DNA of 64,000 nucleotides from a virus (Duplodnaviria > Caudoviricetes), in the IMG/VR virus record IMGVR_UViG_3300030330_006619, positions 126,094-190,093 of that record. The stretch is one strand, 5' to 3'. A model generated the notes under the pieces. That model searched no databases, had not been told where the DNA came from, and worked only from the letters and a program-made list of their open reading frames with translations. Below are positions 8,909-19,179 of this stretch, piece after piece. A program made the translations under genes and the position numbers. Each line of letters opens with the position of its first letter. Position 1 is the stretch's first letter.

Positions 8909-11900
8909 ATGGCATCCAGAAAATTTAGGTTTGTTTCCCCAGGAGTTTTTCTTAAAGAAGTTGATAACTCACAGCTACCAGCAGTAGCTCAGCAAGACGG
9001 TCCAATCATTATTGGTCGCACACGCAAAGGCCCAGCACTTAGGCCATATCAGGTTCAATCGCCTGAAGAATTAGAAAGGGTTTTTGGTAAACCAATGCCC
9101 GGGAACCAAGGTGAAGATCCTTGGCGAGATGGTACCCACTTATTAGCAGAGGCTTATGCTACTTTTGCAGCAAAGGCCCACTTAGCTTCTGAAACAGGAA
9201 GTCCTGTAACTATAGTCCGGCTAGCTGGCGTCGCCGGCGATGATGCAAGAGCTATAGATGCTGCAGAGCCAGGCTGGAAAGCCAAGAATGCTTGGGGACT
9301 GTTTTTGGCAGATGACTCCAAGAGCAAATCAGAAAGTTTCTTAGCTGCTATATTCTATGGTGCAGATGCGGATTTTGTAGTAAAGGCGAAAGGAGCTGAC
9401 GCTTCAGGCGCAACAGCGACAGTAACTGGCAGCTTTGTTAAATTCTCCGAAACTGATGAGTTGACCCTTGTGCTCCAGAAAGCTGCAGCTTCAAAAGATG
9501 TTAAGTTCTCATTTCCGGGTATAAGAAAAGAATTTAGCACTAACCCTGTTGCAACAAACACTGAAATCTCAACAATCACATCTGGGACCTTGTCAGAGCT
9601 TTACTGGCTTGGCGAAACGTTCGATGAGGCTTACAAAGAATTTGCTGCCAACTTGAACTCTTCTGGAAATAAGGTAGCGATGACCCTTAAATTAGGATCT
9701 CTTATGGGTGATTTTAAGAGTGCCACAACTCACCAAGTCAAGCCATCAAGAAGTGGGTGGGTCTTTGGGCAAGATACTTCGAAAGAAGGAGATAAATACA
9801 GTCCAGATAAACAAGAAAAGCTTTTCAGGTTTATATCTATACCTGAAGGTTCAGAATCGAACAAACTGATGATCGGAATTGAGGATATAAAGCCTGCGCG
9901 CGAAGGCGCTGTCAATAAATATGGCACATTTAGTGTTGTTGTTAAGCAGGTGGGATACACCGGCGTTCAAGAAATAGAGAGATTTGATGATTGTAACTTG
10001 AATCCCGATTCCTCTAACTTTATTGCTAAGATGATAGGTGATCAGTATCTAGAGTGGGACCCTTCAGAGAAGAGAAACAAGTTGTATGGCTCTAATCCGA
10101 ATATTTCAGAGTTCATTCGTGTTGAAATGCAGGAAAATGTGGCTAACTCTGGCCCGCGAGACCCATCGCACATTCCATTTGGATTTTATGGGCCAATTGT
10201 GCCCAAAGCCATTACCGCCACCGCGGCCGGGCAGAATGCTACAGCGAAGATTACTGTAAATGCCTCGGACAGCTTTCCTTTTATGGATGGTGGATCCAAT
10301 ATAGTCTTAACTGACGGGGAAGGCACCACAATGACCATGGCGCTAAATAATGCAGTCGCCGTATCAGCTAATGGTGTAATCGCCGGTGACGGCGCCGGCA
10401 CACCAGCTGCATTTGCTCGCCGCGTTGCTGAGGCAATTAACGCGACACCAGGTAAGATCACAGCTTCACCTGTTGATGGCTCATCGAATATTATTACTCT
10501 TACGCAAGACATCGGAGGTGCTGAAGGGAACACAAACATAACCACAACTAACACGGATCCAACTTTAAGTGTTGACTCCAAGTTTGCTGGGGGTGTAGAC
10601 GGTCCAGCAAACTCTGCATCACGCTGGGTCGGCCAAAGATTCAACCCTACAGGTTCATACACAGCCACGACGCCACCGACGGATCCTGCATTTAGCCTAA
10701 AATGGCCTAGACCACCACTTATTACTAAAACTACAGTTGATAAGGATTTTCGTTTTGGAGCTACAGCATACGCTCTTTCTTATCAGTCTGGAAGCATTGC
10801 ATCTGTATCAGATCAAATGTCCCCAGGATATTGCGATACAGTTAGAAGACTCTCAACACAAACGAATTTGGTAGGAGCACAAGAATCTGGAATAGCTAAT
10901 GACACAGACACAGAATATTCATACAAATTTAGTTTAGACGAGGTGGTGCTCATACCAGTAGGCCCATCACCGACTGGTTCCATTACTAGTAGGTCAGATG
11001 TAAGAGCAGCATATTGGCTGTCGGGCTCAAGGCCATTCGCGTTAAAGTCGCTGATGGCTGGAAACACAGATACGCCTGACGTCTCGGGCTCTAATGATAA
11101 TTCTATGACAGGCTCTGCATACCGTTCTTTTACTCGACTTGTAGATATGTCCGCGTCGGTATCACTTAGAACCTTGACTGATATCGTCGGCGGCTTTGAT
11201 ATGCCAATGGTCGGAGGCTTTGATGGTGTTGATATTGTTGAAGCAAACCCCTTCAACAACAGGGTTCTAAGAGATGGAACCACAGCATCGAATTATGCAT
11301 TCGCATCTGTCGACCGCGCCCTGGAACTAATCAGAGACCCTGAATATGTTGAGCACAACTTGGCAATCATGCCGGGAATCACAAACGAGTCGTTAACAAC
11401 TAAGTTAGTAGACACATGTGAATCTAGAGCGGATAGCTTAGCAATAATAGATTTGCCAAATATTTATGTACCGCCTTCTGAGGACAAGTGTACATCCTTC
11501 AAAGATAGAGTGGATGGTACAACACCAGAAAGAACGGCTGCTGCACTAGTGAAGAGACAAATAAACTCTTCTTATGGTGCTACTTATTATCCTTGGGTCA
11601 AAATAAAGGATGTTGATTCCAACAGGGATGTATGGGTACCGCCGTCCGTCGTAGCACTCGGTGTAATGGCATACACTGAAAAGCAGAAGCAGGTTTGGTT
11701 TGCCCCCGCCGGTTTCAACCGCGGTGGGTTAGATCAGGGTACTTCAGGGTTACCAGTTTTGCAGGTATCAGAGCAACTTTTATCAAAAGATAGAGATACT
11801 CTATATCAGGCAAATATTAACCCAATAGCATCTTTTGTGTCAGAGGGTATAGTGATATTTGGGCAGAAGACTCTACAACAGACTCAGTCTGCTCTTGACA

Positions 11901-12214
11901 GAATCAATGTTAGAAGATTGCTGATTTTTATTAAGAAAATAGTAGCTAGAATATCAAACAATCTGCTATTTGAGCAGAATGTTAGAGCTACATGGTTAAG
12001 ATTTTTAAATCAAGTTGAGCCAAAGCTTGATGCGATCAAGTCACAATTTGGATTAACAGATTACAAGGTTGTATTAGATAAGAGCACAACGACACCAGAC
12101 CTTGTGGACAGAAACATACTGTATGCTAAGATCTTTTTGAAGCCAGCTAGATCAATAGAATTCATTGCAGTTGATTTTGTTATTACAAGAACCGGCGCTT
12201 CTTTTGATGATTAA
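8909..12214 (+). CDS. tail sheath protein
   Basis: FVSPGVFLKEVDNS start; C-terminal YYPWV, VWVPPS, WFAPAGFNRG, INPI, GQKTLQ, LDRINVRRLL, IEFIAVDF; ATG 8909 after AAGGAG. Confidence 0.95.
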   Translation: MASRKFRFVSPGVFLKEVDNSQLPAVAQQDGPIIIGRTRKGPALRPYQVQSPEELERVFGKPMPGNQGEDPWRDGTHLLAEAYATFAAKAHLASETGSPVTIVRLAGVAGDDARAIDAAEPGWKAKNAWGLFLADDSKSKSESFLAAIFYGADADFVVKAKGADASGATATVTGSFVKFSETDELTLVLQKAAASKDVKFSFPGIRKEFSTNPVATNTEISTITSGTLSELYWLGETFDEAYKEFAANLNSSGNKVAMTLKLGSLMGDFKSATTHQVKPSRSGWVFGQDTSKEGDKYSPDKQEKLFRFISIPEGSESNKLMIGIEDIKPAREGAVNKYGTFSVVVKQVGYTGVQEIERFDDCNLNPDSSNFIAKMIGDQYLEWDPSEKRNKLYGSNPNISEFIRVEMQENVANSGPRDPSHIPFGFYGPIVPKAITATAAGQNATAKITVNASDSFPFMDGGSNIVLTDGEGTTMTMALNNAVAVSANGVIAGDGAGTPAAFARRVAEAINATPGKITASPVDGSSNIITLTQDIGGAEGNTNITTTNTDPTLSVDSKFAGGVDGPANSASRWVGQRFNPTGSYTATTPPTDPAFSLKWPRPPLITKTTVDKDFRFGATAYALSYQSGSIASVSDQMSPGYCDTVRRLSTQTNLVGAQESGIANDTDTEYSYKFSLDEVVLIPVGPSPTGSITSRSDVRAAYWLSGSRPFALKSLMAGNTDTPDVSGSNDNSMTGSAYRSFTRLVDMSASVSLRTLTDIVGGFDMPMVGGFDGVDIVEANPFNNRVLRDGTTASNYAFASVDRALELIRDPEYVEHNLAIMPGITNESLTTKLVDTCESRADSLAIIDLPNIYVPPSEDKCTSFKDRVDGTTPERTAAALVKRQINSSYGATYYPWVKIKDVDSNRDVWVPPSVVALGVMAYTEKQKQVWFAPAGFNRGGLDQGTSGLPVLQVSEQLLSKDRDTLYQANINPIASFVSEGIVIFGQKTLQQTQSALDRINVRRLLIFIKKIVARISNNLLFEQNVRATWLRFLNQVEPKLDAIKSQFGLTDYKVVLDKSTTTPDLVDRNILYAKIFLKPARSIEFIAVDFVITRTGASFDD

Positions 12215-12254
12215 TTAGCCCGGACAACTATATAGTATTAGGAGATTAAAAACT

Positions 12255-12830
12255 ATGGTAGATAAATTTTGGGATCAACAAGATCTTCATCCAAAGAGAA
12301 AGTTTAGATGGTTGTTATACTTTGATGGTATGCCGCAATTTGTGGCGAAATCCGTTACTAAGCCGGGCTTTTCAATAGGCACAACACCACACCAGTTTTT
12401 GCAGCATACTTTTAATTTCCCTGGTAGAGTGACTTGGTCTGATGTTACTCTCACGATTGTCGACCCAGTCCAGCCAGACTCTGCAGCTAGTCTTTACGCA
12501 ATTTTATTGGATTCTGGCTATGTCAAGCCAGACCAAATACAGTCTTTAGCTGATGGTGAGGGATATGGTACCATCGCAAAGGATAAGATGGTTTCGAGGC
12601 TGGGTAATAAGGTGAGAATCGAGCAGATAGGGATAGACAGCTCAAATGATGTAATTGAATCATGGACCTTGTTTAACCCTCAGATAACCAATGTTACATT
12701 TGATACACTAGATTACACTTCAGACGATCTATTGAATATTACAATTGCTTTGAAGTACGACTGGGCAAGCTTAAATGATGCAGCCCCTGTGGGTAGTGAT
12801 CAAATATGGCCCAAAACAGTTATAGATTAA
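12255..12830 (+). CDS. tail tube protein (T4 gp19-like)
   Basis: PKRKFRW, FPGRVTWSDVTLT, WTL, LDY, L.YDWA motifs; directly after the sheath gene. Confidence 0.9.
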   Translation: MVDKFWDQQDLHPKRKFRWLLYFDGMPQFVAKSVTKPGFSIGTTPHQFLQHTFNFPGRVTWSDVTLTIVDPVQPDSAASLYAILLDSGYVKPDQIQSLADGEGYGTIAKDKMVSRLGNKVRIEQIGIDSSNDVIESWTLFNPQITNVTFDTLDYTSDDLLNITIALKYDWASLNDAAPVGSDQIWPKTVID

Positions 12831-12869
12831 AAAAAGTATTTAAAAGTTTAGTTTAATAAGAGAGGAATT

Positions 12870-13742
12870 ATGTCGCGCAACGCAAAAAGAGTGCCAAAAT
12901 CAGAAGATCAAGAAGATAAGATCCCAAATAGAGAGAACAAGCAAACACCTGCTACCCCGCCTGCATCGGGAGATAACCCATTTGGATTATCATTTGTAGT
13001 TCCAACTGAATTTGTTGAGCTACCATCAAGAGGAGAGTTTTATCCGACTTCTCATCCAATGCACGGTATCTCTGAATTAGAGATAAAATACATGACCGCA
13101 AGAGAGGAGGATATATTATCCACTCCTCTAAAGGGTGACGAAGAACTATTATTTGACAAACTGGCGAATAGTCTAATAGTTAGGGATGATATAAAAGCTG
13201 AAGATCTCCTTGAGGATGATAAGATGATGATACTCCTCCGAGCCCGAGTTACGGGTTATGGGGAGGAATACAAAACAACCACTAGTTGTTACAATTGTGG
13301 CAAAGTGCACAAAGTAGGCTTTGACCTCACAAATACTACGATTTTAGAACCTAAAAACAGTGTCTATGACCCGAAAACAGACTCATTTGAATTGACTCTA
13401 CCAGTGACGAAAGTTGTTGTAAGGTTGAAAAATGTTACAGATGAGGATGAAAAAACGCTAGCCAAAGAAAAGTCACAAAAGGAAAAATTAAATCTAGATT
13501 TTAGCCCTTCTGAATCATTTTTGAATTTGGTGATCTTAACAGCTAACAAAGTAACAGATAGAAAGTTAATTAGAAGTCTAGTAGAGGTTCTCCCGGCCGG
13601 AGATGTAAAGTCAATTAGGTCATTTTACTCATCATGTCAGCCAAAATTATCTTTAAAGCAGGAAATAACTTGCCCTAACTGTGGAGATGTTAGTGAAAAG
13701 GAGGCGCCCCTTTCGTGGGCCTTTTTTCGCGCTGACGTCTAA
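12870..13742 (+). CDS. tail assembly chaperone / baseplate hub assembly protein (gp26-like)
   Basis: VELPSRG..Y, YMTAREEDIL, two CxxC pairs, C-terminal AFF; lies between tube and tape measure genes. Confidence 0.75.
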   Translation: MSRNAKRVPKSEDQEDKIPNRENKQTPATPPASGDNPFGLSFVVPTEFVELPSRGEFYPTSHPMHGISELEIKYMTAREEDILSTPLKGDEELLFDKLANSLIVRDDIKAEDLLEDDKMMILLRARVTGYGEEYKTTTSCYNCGKVHKVGFDLTNTTILEPKNSVYDPKTDSFELTLPVTKVVVRLKNVTDEDEKTLAKEKSQKEKLNLDFSPSESFLNLVILTANKVTDRKLIRSLVEVLPAGDVKSIRSFYSSCQPKLSLKQEITCPNCGDVSEKEAPLSWAFFRADV

Positions 13743-13893
13743 CTATATAAGAAACGTCACTTATGAAGAGATATTTTATCTAATGAGAGAGTGTAATTTT
13801 TCATTTACTGAAGCCTACAGCTTGCCTATACGCTTGCGCAGCTGGTTTACTGCTCGTACACATCAATATTTAAACCCCAACGAAGAAGAATAA
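13681..13893 (+). CDS. +1-frame extension of the tail chaperone (G-T-type product), or a separate small gene
   Basis: YEEIFYL...FSFTEAYSLPI.LRSWF motif typical of the small ORF before tape measure genes; overlaps the upstream gene in the +1 frame. Confidence 0.6.
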   Translation: MEMLVKRRRPFRGPFFALTSNYIRNVTYEEIFYLMRECNFSFTEAYSLPIRLRSWFTARTHQYLNPNEEE

Positions 13894-13953
13894 ATTCAAC
13901 AAAAACCTATTTACAATATAAAGTTGCGATAATTTATAGGAGAAACATTTTTC

Positions 13954-15879
13954 ATGTCTGGTACTGGTTCAGATAATAATACACCGGTCGATCAAATGAG
14001 CAATGACGATCTGAAGACCTTGGTCAAACAGTTACGTGAAGAATTAAGGGTATTTAAAAGAAGGTCCTCAAACAAGCCACTTTCTGAAACACTAGGTGAC
14101 GAAACCGGTGGCTTACTGGACATGGCTACCTCCTTAACAAACCAGCTCACCCAAGCGCGTGATGCTCTTATGGATATGTCATCAGAGGGCATGTCTTTCG
14201 CCTCAGGTGGCCCAATGGCCCGCGCCATTGGTGACACAACAAAAGAGACTGACGCGCTTTTGGGCAGCGCGAAAGCCGGCGCCCAAGCATTCAAGAGTCT
14301 ATCTTCGACAGTTTCAGGGTTCGCACAAATGAACAGTGCGACAATAAAAGGAACTAAGAGTTTATCATCAGAGCTTTCAACGCAAGCGGCGGTTTTATCA
14401 AAACTGGGCCTTAGTATGTCTTCATTTTCAAAAAATGTAGACTTGGCAGTCTATTCTTTTGGTTTGGCCGCTGACGGAGTAAAAGGTTTAAATATGGAAA
14501 TTGTAAAGCTAGCTAATGAGGTAAATATGCTACCAGAACAGCTTTCTAGAAACTTTCAAATGGTAGCTAAAAATCTTGCTTATGATTTTAGTCAAATAAA
14601 GCAACAGTTTGTTGAAATACAGAAACTATCTTCGCAAACAGGGGTTTCCGTCGACACATTAGTAGGAAAATTTGGGCAGCCGCTTGATACAATTGGTGGT
14701 GCATCTGGTTTCGCGGCACAAATAAACTCACTCCTTGGGTCCAATGCTTTTAGTACAACTGAGCTATTGATGATGGACGAGGCCACAAGAATGAAGACAG
14801 TCAGAGATAGAATTATGGCTGACCAATCTTTAACTGGCGCACTCGGCGCCGGCGGCGTGACAAGAAAGTTTGCCCTCCAATCTATATCTAGCGCAATTGG
14901 TTTGAGCATGGATGATACTCGCCGCTTTTTGGAAACTGGTCAAACTGGCTCTGTGAAAGAGCAAACGGCTAACCAACTAGAGAAAGACTTTACAGGCCAG
15001 GCCGATGCTTTCGCCAAAGGGTTAGATGATTCGGACTTAAGTAAAACACTAAGAGATTTCGTAACAGAAATTAGAAGAACACAGCTTTCAGTAACTCAGC
15101 AGCAGCTTATGACAAATAGGGAATCACAACTTCGTGCATTACAGGGCGCTCGCGGTGAGCGAGGCCAAAGATTACGAGCGCTTGCTCAGACCGGCGTTAT
15201 GAAGGAGATGGGGATTAGCAATCTCACTGGAATTGATGAAGCTAGCTTAACAGAGGCAGTTGCATTTTCTGGCGGCCAGGGGGATAATATTAAAAGGCTT
15301 GTAAGGATGAGACAAATGTTTCAAGGGACGAAAGTTGGAGATCGATTACTCAGCGCCGAGAGAGTGAACGGGATACTTGCTGCCCTCGCCCAAGGCCCAG
15401 GTTCCCCTGATTTTGACAGCGCGATGACCGACATGGAATCAATAATTAATGATACTACCCTCCAAAATGCTCTTGCTGATGCTGAGGTCGGAGCAGGGAT
15501 TACAACGGCAATTACTGCAGGCACTGAGGACTTTGGTGTACAGGCATCGATAATCAATGAGATGATAAAAAACTTTGAAAAGGGGGAAGCTTCGACCATC
15601 AGTGCTGGTGCATCAATCCGTGTCCAGCGCAATCGCGTTGATGCCGGCTTAGATGGCCAAGAACCCGGCCCGGCCGACCCCGCCACCGGCACCCCTGCTG
15701 CTCGTCGTAGGACCACTGGTCGATCTCCCACTGGTAACCCGGACATAGATGCAGATACAGGAAGATCTCCCGAATCCAGCTCAGTGATACAGGTATTCTT
15801 GACAGAAGACAAAGAAGTGGTTAGGTTTGTGAACAAGATAGTGGACGGAAAGATAGAGACAGTAGTAACACGCCCATAA
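13954..15879 (+). CDS. tape measure protein
   Basis: A/G/S/L-rich helical composition; position after tube and chaperone; RBS AGGAG. Confidence 0.7.
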   Translation: MSGTGSDNNTPVDQMSNDDLKTLVKQLREELRVFKRRSSNKPLSETLGDETGGLLDMATSLTNQLTQARDALMDMSSEGMSFASGGPMARAIGDTTKETDALLGSAKAGAQAFKSLSSTVSGFAQMNSATIKGTKSLSSELSTQAAVLSKLGLSMSSFSKNVDLAVYSFGLAADGVKGLNMEIVKLANEVNMLPEQLSRNFQMVAKNLAYDFSQIKQQFVEIQKLSSQTGVSVDTLVGKFGQPLDTIGGASGFAAQINSLLGSNAFSTTELLMMDEATRMKTVRDRIMADQSLTGALGAGGVTRKFALQSISSAIGLSMDDTRRFLETGQTGSVKEQTANQLEKDFTGQADAFAKGLDDSDLSKTLRDFVTEIRRTQLSVTQQQLMTNRESQLRALQGARGERGQRLRALAQTGVMKEMGISNLTGIDEASLTEAVAFSGGQGDNIKRLVRMRQMFQGTKVGDRLLSAERVNGILAALAQGPGSPDFDSAMTDMESIINDTTLQNALADAEVGAGITTAITAGTEDFGVQASIINEMIKNFEKGEASTISAGASIRVQRNRVDAGLDGQEPGPADPATGTPAARRRTTGRSPTGNPDIDADTGRSPESSSVIQVFLTEDKEVVRFVNKIVDGKIETVVTRP

Positions 15880-15889
15880 GGAGTTAAAT

Positions 15890-16531
15890 ATGCAACATTT
15901 TAAAGATTTAGCAACAAAAACTAAACAGGTCATAAAATTTAAAAGTATAATTTCTGGAAATACTGTTCAATTTCCTGCTTTTATAACAAAATTTGATGAC
16001 AACTATACGGTAAGTTGGGGCGGCGGAGCACCCATTTTTGGTCGAACCGACCCTATAAAGAACTACCAGTCAACTTCAAGAAGAATTAGCGTAGCATTCG
16101 ACATTTTAGGGGAAAGCTATGAATCCGCTAAAGAAAATTTTGTAAATTTTTCAAATTTAATAAAAATGCTATATCCAGTATACAGCGATAAGATAAAAAA
16201 AGACAATAATGCCCGCACAATCCGCGGTGCACCCCTAATCAGAATAAAATATGTAAATTACATTCATAACCCAGAACACCCAGAAGGATTATTGGGGTGC
16301 GTTGGCGGATTTAATTTTTCACCTGATTTCAATGCAGGTCATTTTTCAGACGGAGAAAACGGTGACCTCTTGCCTCTAAAATACTCTTTGTCTTTTACAT
16401 TCGAACCAATTCACGAGAAGCCGCTTGGAGCTGAAGTTGGCGACCCAGCTACTTTTTTGCAAGAGAGCTTCCCTTATAATCAGCCGGGTGAATTCACAAG
16501 GACCACACAAAATGCAAGGAGGCTTAGTTGA
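15890..16531 (+). CDS. baseplate tube-initiator-like protein
   Basis: FPAFI..F.D.Y...W....GR.DPI..Y..T.R.I and PLIRI motifs; follows the tape measure gene. Confidence 0.65.
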   Translation: MQHFKDLATKTKQVIKFKSIISGNTVQFPAFITKFDDNYTVSWGGGAPIFGRTDPIKNYQSTSRRISVAFDILGESYESAKENFVNFSNLIKMLYPVYSDKIKKDNNARTIRGAPLIRIKYVNYIHNPEHPEGLLGCVGGFNFSPDFNAGHFSDGENGDLLPLKYSLSFTFEPIHEKPLGAEVGDPATFLQESFPYNQPGEFTRTTQNARRLS

Positions 16532-16533
16532 CA

Positions 16534-16887
16534 ATGACATCATGGACAAGATTAGGCAGAGAGCTGACAAATGATGATGACCTTTACAAGCCATATATGG
16601 ATAGTATTGGCGCTGAACACGTCAATCATTACGGTTTCATAAACTTTGGCGATCCCCTAGAGGAAGATTTTTTGGATGAGCTGCGTATAAAAAAACACAT
16701 ATATTCAACAGGGGACAACTTAGCTAAGTTGGCGTATAATAATTATGGAGATCCCAGATATTGGTGGATACTAGCTTGGTTCAATGGAAAGCCTACAGAT
16801 TTTCACTGTAAAATAGGGGATATTATTGTTATTCCTTTTCCACTTGAAAATGTTTTAAATCAAGCGTATAATATAGTAGAGGTGTAA
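16534..16887 (+). CDS. LysM-like baseplate wedge protein (gp53/tail X-like)
   Basis: GDNLAKLAYNNYGDPRYWWILAWFN...GDIIVIP. Confidence 0.8.
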   Translation: MTSWTRLGRELTNDDDLYKPYMDSIGAEHVNHYGFINFGDPLEEDFLDELRIKKHIYSTGDNLAKLAYNNYGDPRYWWILAWFNGKPTDFHCKIGDIIVIPFPLENVLNQAYNIVEV

Positions 16888-16889
16888 AG

Positions 16890-19175
16890 ATGGCAAAGCC
16901 TAAAAAAAAGAAAAAGCCAATTTATTACCCCCAAGCACACTTAATGTACCAGCTTGGGTATGGGTCTATTTCTCAAGGACTTAATACTTCTAATCTTGCT
17001 GACGGGGGAAAAATAAAAAATGGCCCCACTATAGCGAGATTGAAGGGCTCTTATAATCCTGTCGCCGCGGCAAATACCTTAAATAGTACGTCCAAAGAAG
17101 GGATTGAAATGAGTAAATCTTTTTTAAATCTGGATAACCACAAAATACCATTTTTAATTCCAGAGATAAGGTTTTACAAAATAGTAGGAGGAGAAGCTAT
17201 ACCAATATATTTGCCTGTTTCAAATGAATACGACTTGGATTCTAACGGAGTGTATAATTTTAAGGATAAAGTTTTCTCTGGTGGTGGAGTTGAGCTAACA
17301 GGCTTCACTGTAACACTGTCAGGCAAAAACCCGTATGATGTTACAAGAAAATTTTTAAATGCGTCTTTGTCATTAAAGCTAGAAAATGTAGCATCAGTTT
17401 TCACAGAGAGGGAGGGCTTTGCTTCAATTGCCGATCTATTCACAGTGCGCGCCCCTAGCGGCCGACCAATCGCGGGAGCGAAAGCTCCAATAGATGGTAA
17501 CGCTCTAAGTAGAGGTAGAAACTGTCACATTGGGGTTACTTTTGGGTACGCAGTCCCGGATTTTCATGAAGAGCAAGTCTTTACGATTGAGGAAGGCCGC
17601 GCAATAATAAAGCAGCAGGCTGCTTTCAATTTATTTTATTCAGGTCATAATTTAAATTTGTCACCAGATGGCAGCGCTACAATTGAAGTGAGCTACACCG
17701 GGTTTATGCAATCTTTAACAGATTTTTATTCAGATTTATCTTCAGCAGCGGAAGATAAGGCTGATGTTTCACTGAAGGCTACTTTTGATAAAAAATCAGG
17801 AAGTGTATCCAAGAATATAAATCCACCGAAAGAAAAAAAGAAGGGAGAAGACGGATCCGATAAGGAACCGAAAGAGAAGAGCTACACAGATATACAATTC
17901 TTTTTTCAAACAATTGTGGGAAGACTCCTCGCGGCTAACAAAATACACAGTATTGAGTTTAAAGATACTGAGAAATATTTTGAAAAATCTGCTGCAGGCG
18001 GAAAGCCGTCGTCGGGCCCCCCACCGACTGCGGCATCAAAATCACCAGCTAGTAATTCTCCACAGGCAATTCAGAAAAACCCAGAACAGCTTTTGGAATC
18101 TAGATTGACCAATTATTTTACATTCGGAGATTTTTTAGCAGAGTATTTTAAAGTAATGGTTATGCATTTGAAAAATGCTGAGGGTATAATAAATTATAAA
18201 CATAAGAAAACTAAAGAAATAAAGAACGAAAAAGCCGCGATAAAAGCAAAACAAGAAATCAAAAGATTTAGGGAAGATTTTAAAAAGCTTACGGTTTTGA
18301 TGGCGGACTGTGAAGTAGTAACAAACACAGCGCCAAATAAAACAAAAACCAAAAAAATTAACATTTCTGATATACCTATTTCAGTTGATAGCTTGTACAC
18401 CCTGGTTTTTGACAGCCTCACAACAAAGGGAATAGGCTTTTATGACATGAACCAGTTTCTTACGGGTTTCTGCAGCGATCTTTTGAGTAAATCTTTGTTG
18501 ACAAATTCGTCTGGAGGTGGCTTTATAAAAGAGACAGTCTTGACAACAATTTTGGTCACAGGAAGAAAACTCCGTCAAAAAGTTTTCAAAGGAAGCATAA
18601 AGGCAGATGACATACCAGAGAGAAACGGATCTTTTACATTTAAGAACATATCAACTACTAGTCAATATTTTTTATTTTGCCAACAGCCGACTCAAAAGAC
18701 AGGAGTTGTAGGTAAAGGCAACACAGCTGAAGATGCTTATAACGGAATTTTTGAAATCAAGCCAAATAAAGATAAAGGAATGGTTAAATCTGTTTCCTTT
18801 TCAAAAATAAGTCAACCCGCTAGGGAAGCTTTTTTAGTGGTCACTGCCGGAGACGTTTATGATGAATTGCGTATTCCTCACAATGCAACTGCCAATTTAA
18901 TTGGAAACAACATGTTTCTCCCTGGTAGTATGGTCTTCGTTGATCCCTCTGAGTTAGGTTTCGGTCATCCTAGCGATTCTGAATCAGCAGCGCAAAGATT
19001 GGGAATTGGTGGTTACTACACTGTAGAAGTGGTTAAGCACAGCTATAGCAATGGGGCAATAGAAACAACACTGGATTTGAAATTTAATCATTTCCCAGAT
19101 GGCCTAGGCGGCGCAGGCTTAACGAAGAGTCAGTCGCAGTCAATTAAAAAATTTCAAAGTTTAACGGGAGTTTAA
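16890..19175 (+). CDS. probable baseplate hub protein
   Basis: C-terminal ANLIGNNMFLPG...GGYYTVEVVKH...ETTL pattern typical of gp27/VgrG-like hubs; synteny. Confidence 0.55.
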   Translation: MAKPKKKKKPIYYPQAHLMYQLGYGSISQGLNTSNLADGGKIKNGPTIARLKGSYNPVAAANTLNSTSKEGIEMSKSFLNLDNHKIPFLIPEIRFYKIVGGEAIPIYLPVSNEYDLDSNGVYNFKDKVFSGGGVELTGFTVTLSGKNPYDVTRKFLNASLSLKLENVASVFTEREGFASIADLFTVRAPSGRPIAGAKAPIDGNALSRGRNCHIGVTFGYAVPDFHEEQVFTIEEGRAIIKQQAAFNLFYSGHNLNLSPDGSATIEVSYTGFMQSLTDFYSDLSSAAEDKADVSLKATFDKKSGSVSKNINPPKEKKKGEDGSDKEPKEKSYTDIQFFFQTIVGRLLAANKIHSIEFKDTEKYFEKSAAGGKPSSGPPPTAASKSPASNSPQAIQKNPEQLLESRLTNYFTFGDFLAEYFKVMVMHLKNAEGIINYKHKKTKEIKNEKAAIKAKQEIKRFREDFKKLTVLMADCEVVTNTAPNKTKTKKINISDIPISVDSLYTLVFDSLTTKGIGFYDMNQFLTGFCSDLLSKSLLTNSSGGGFIKETVLTTILVTGRKLRQKVFKGSIKADDIPERNGSFTFKNISTTSQYFLFCQQPTQKTGVVGKGNTAEDAYNGIFEIKPNKDKGMVKSVSFSKISQPAREAFLVVTAGDVYDELRIPHNATANLIGNNMFLPGSMVFVDPSELGFGHPSDSESAAQRLGIGGYYTVEVVKHSYSNGAIETTLDLKFNHFPDGLGGAGLTKSQSQSIKKFQSLTGV

Positions 19176-19179
19176 AAGA

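Noticed and set aside
8909-19175. Bacterial contractile injection system or prophage in a host chromosome
   Set aside because: Adjacent head-tail neck genes, a full phage-type replication module, uniform strand and dense small ORFs indicate a phage genome; no host flank or integrase is seen
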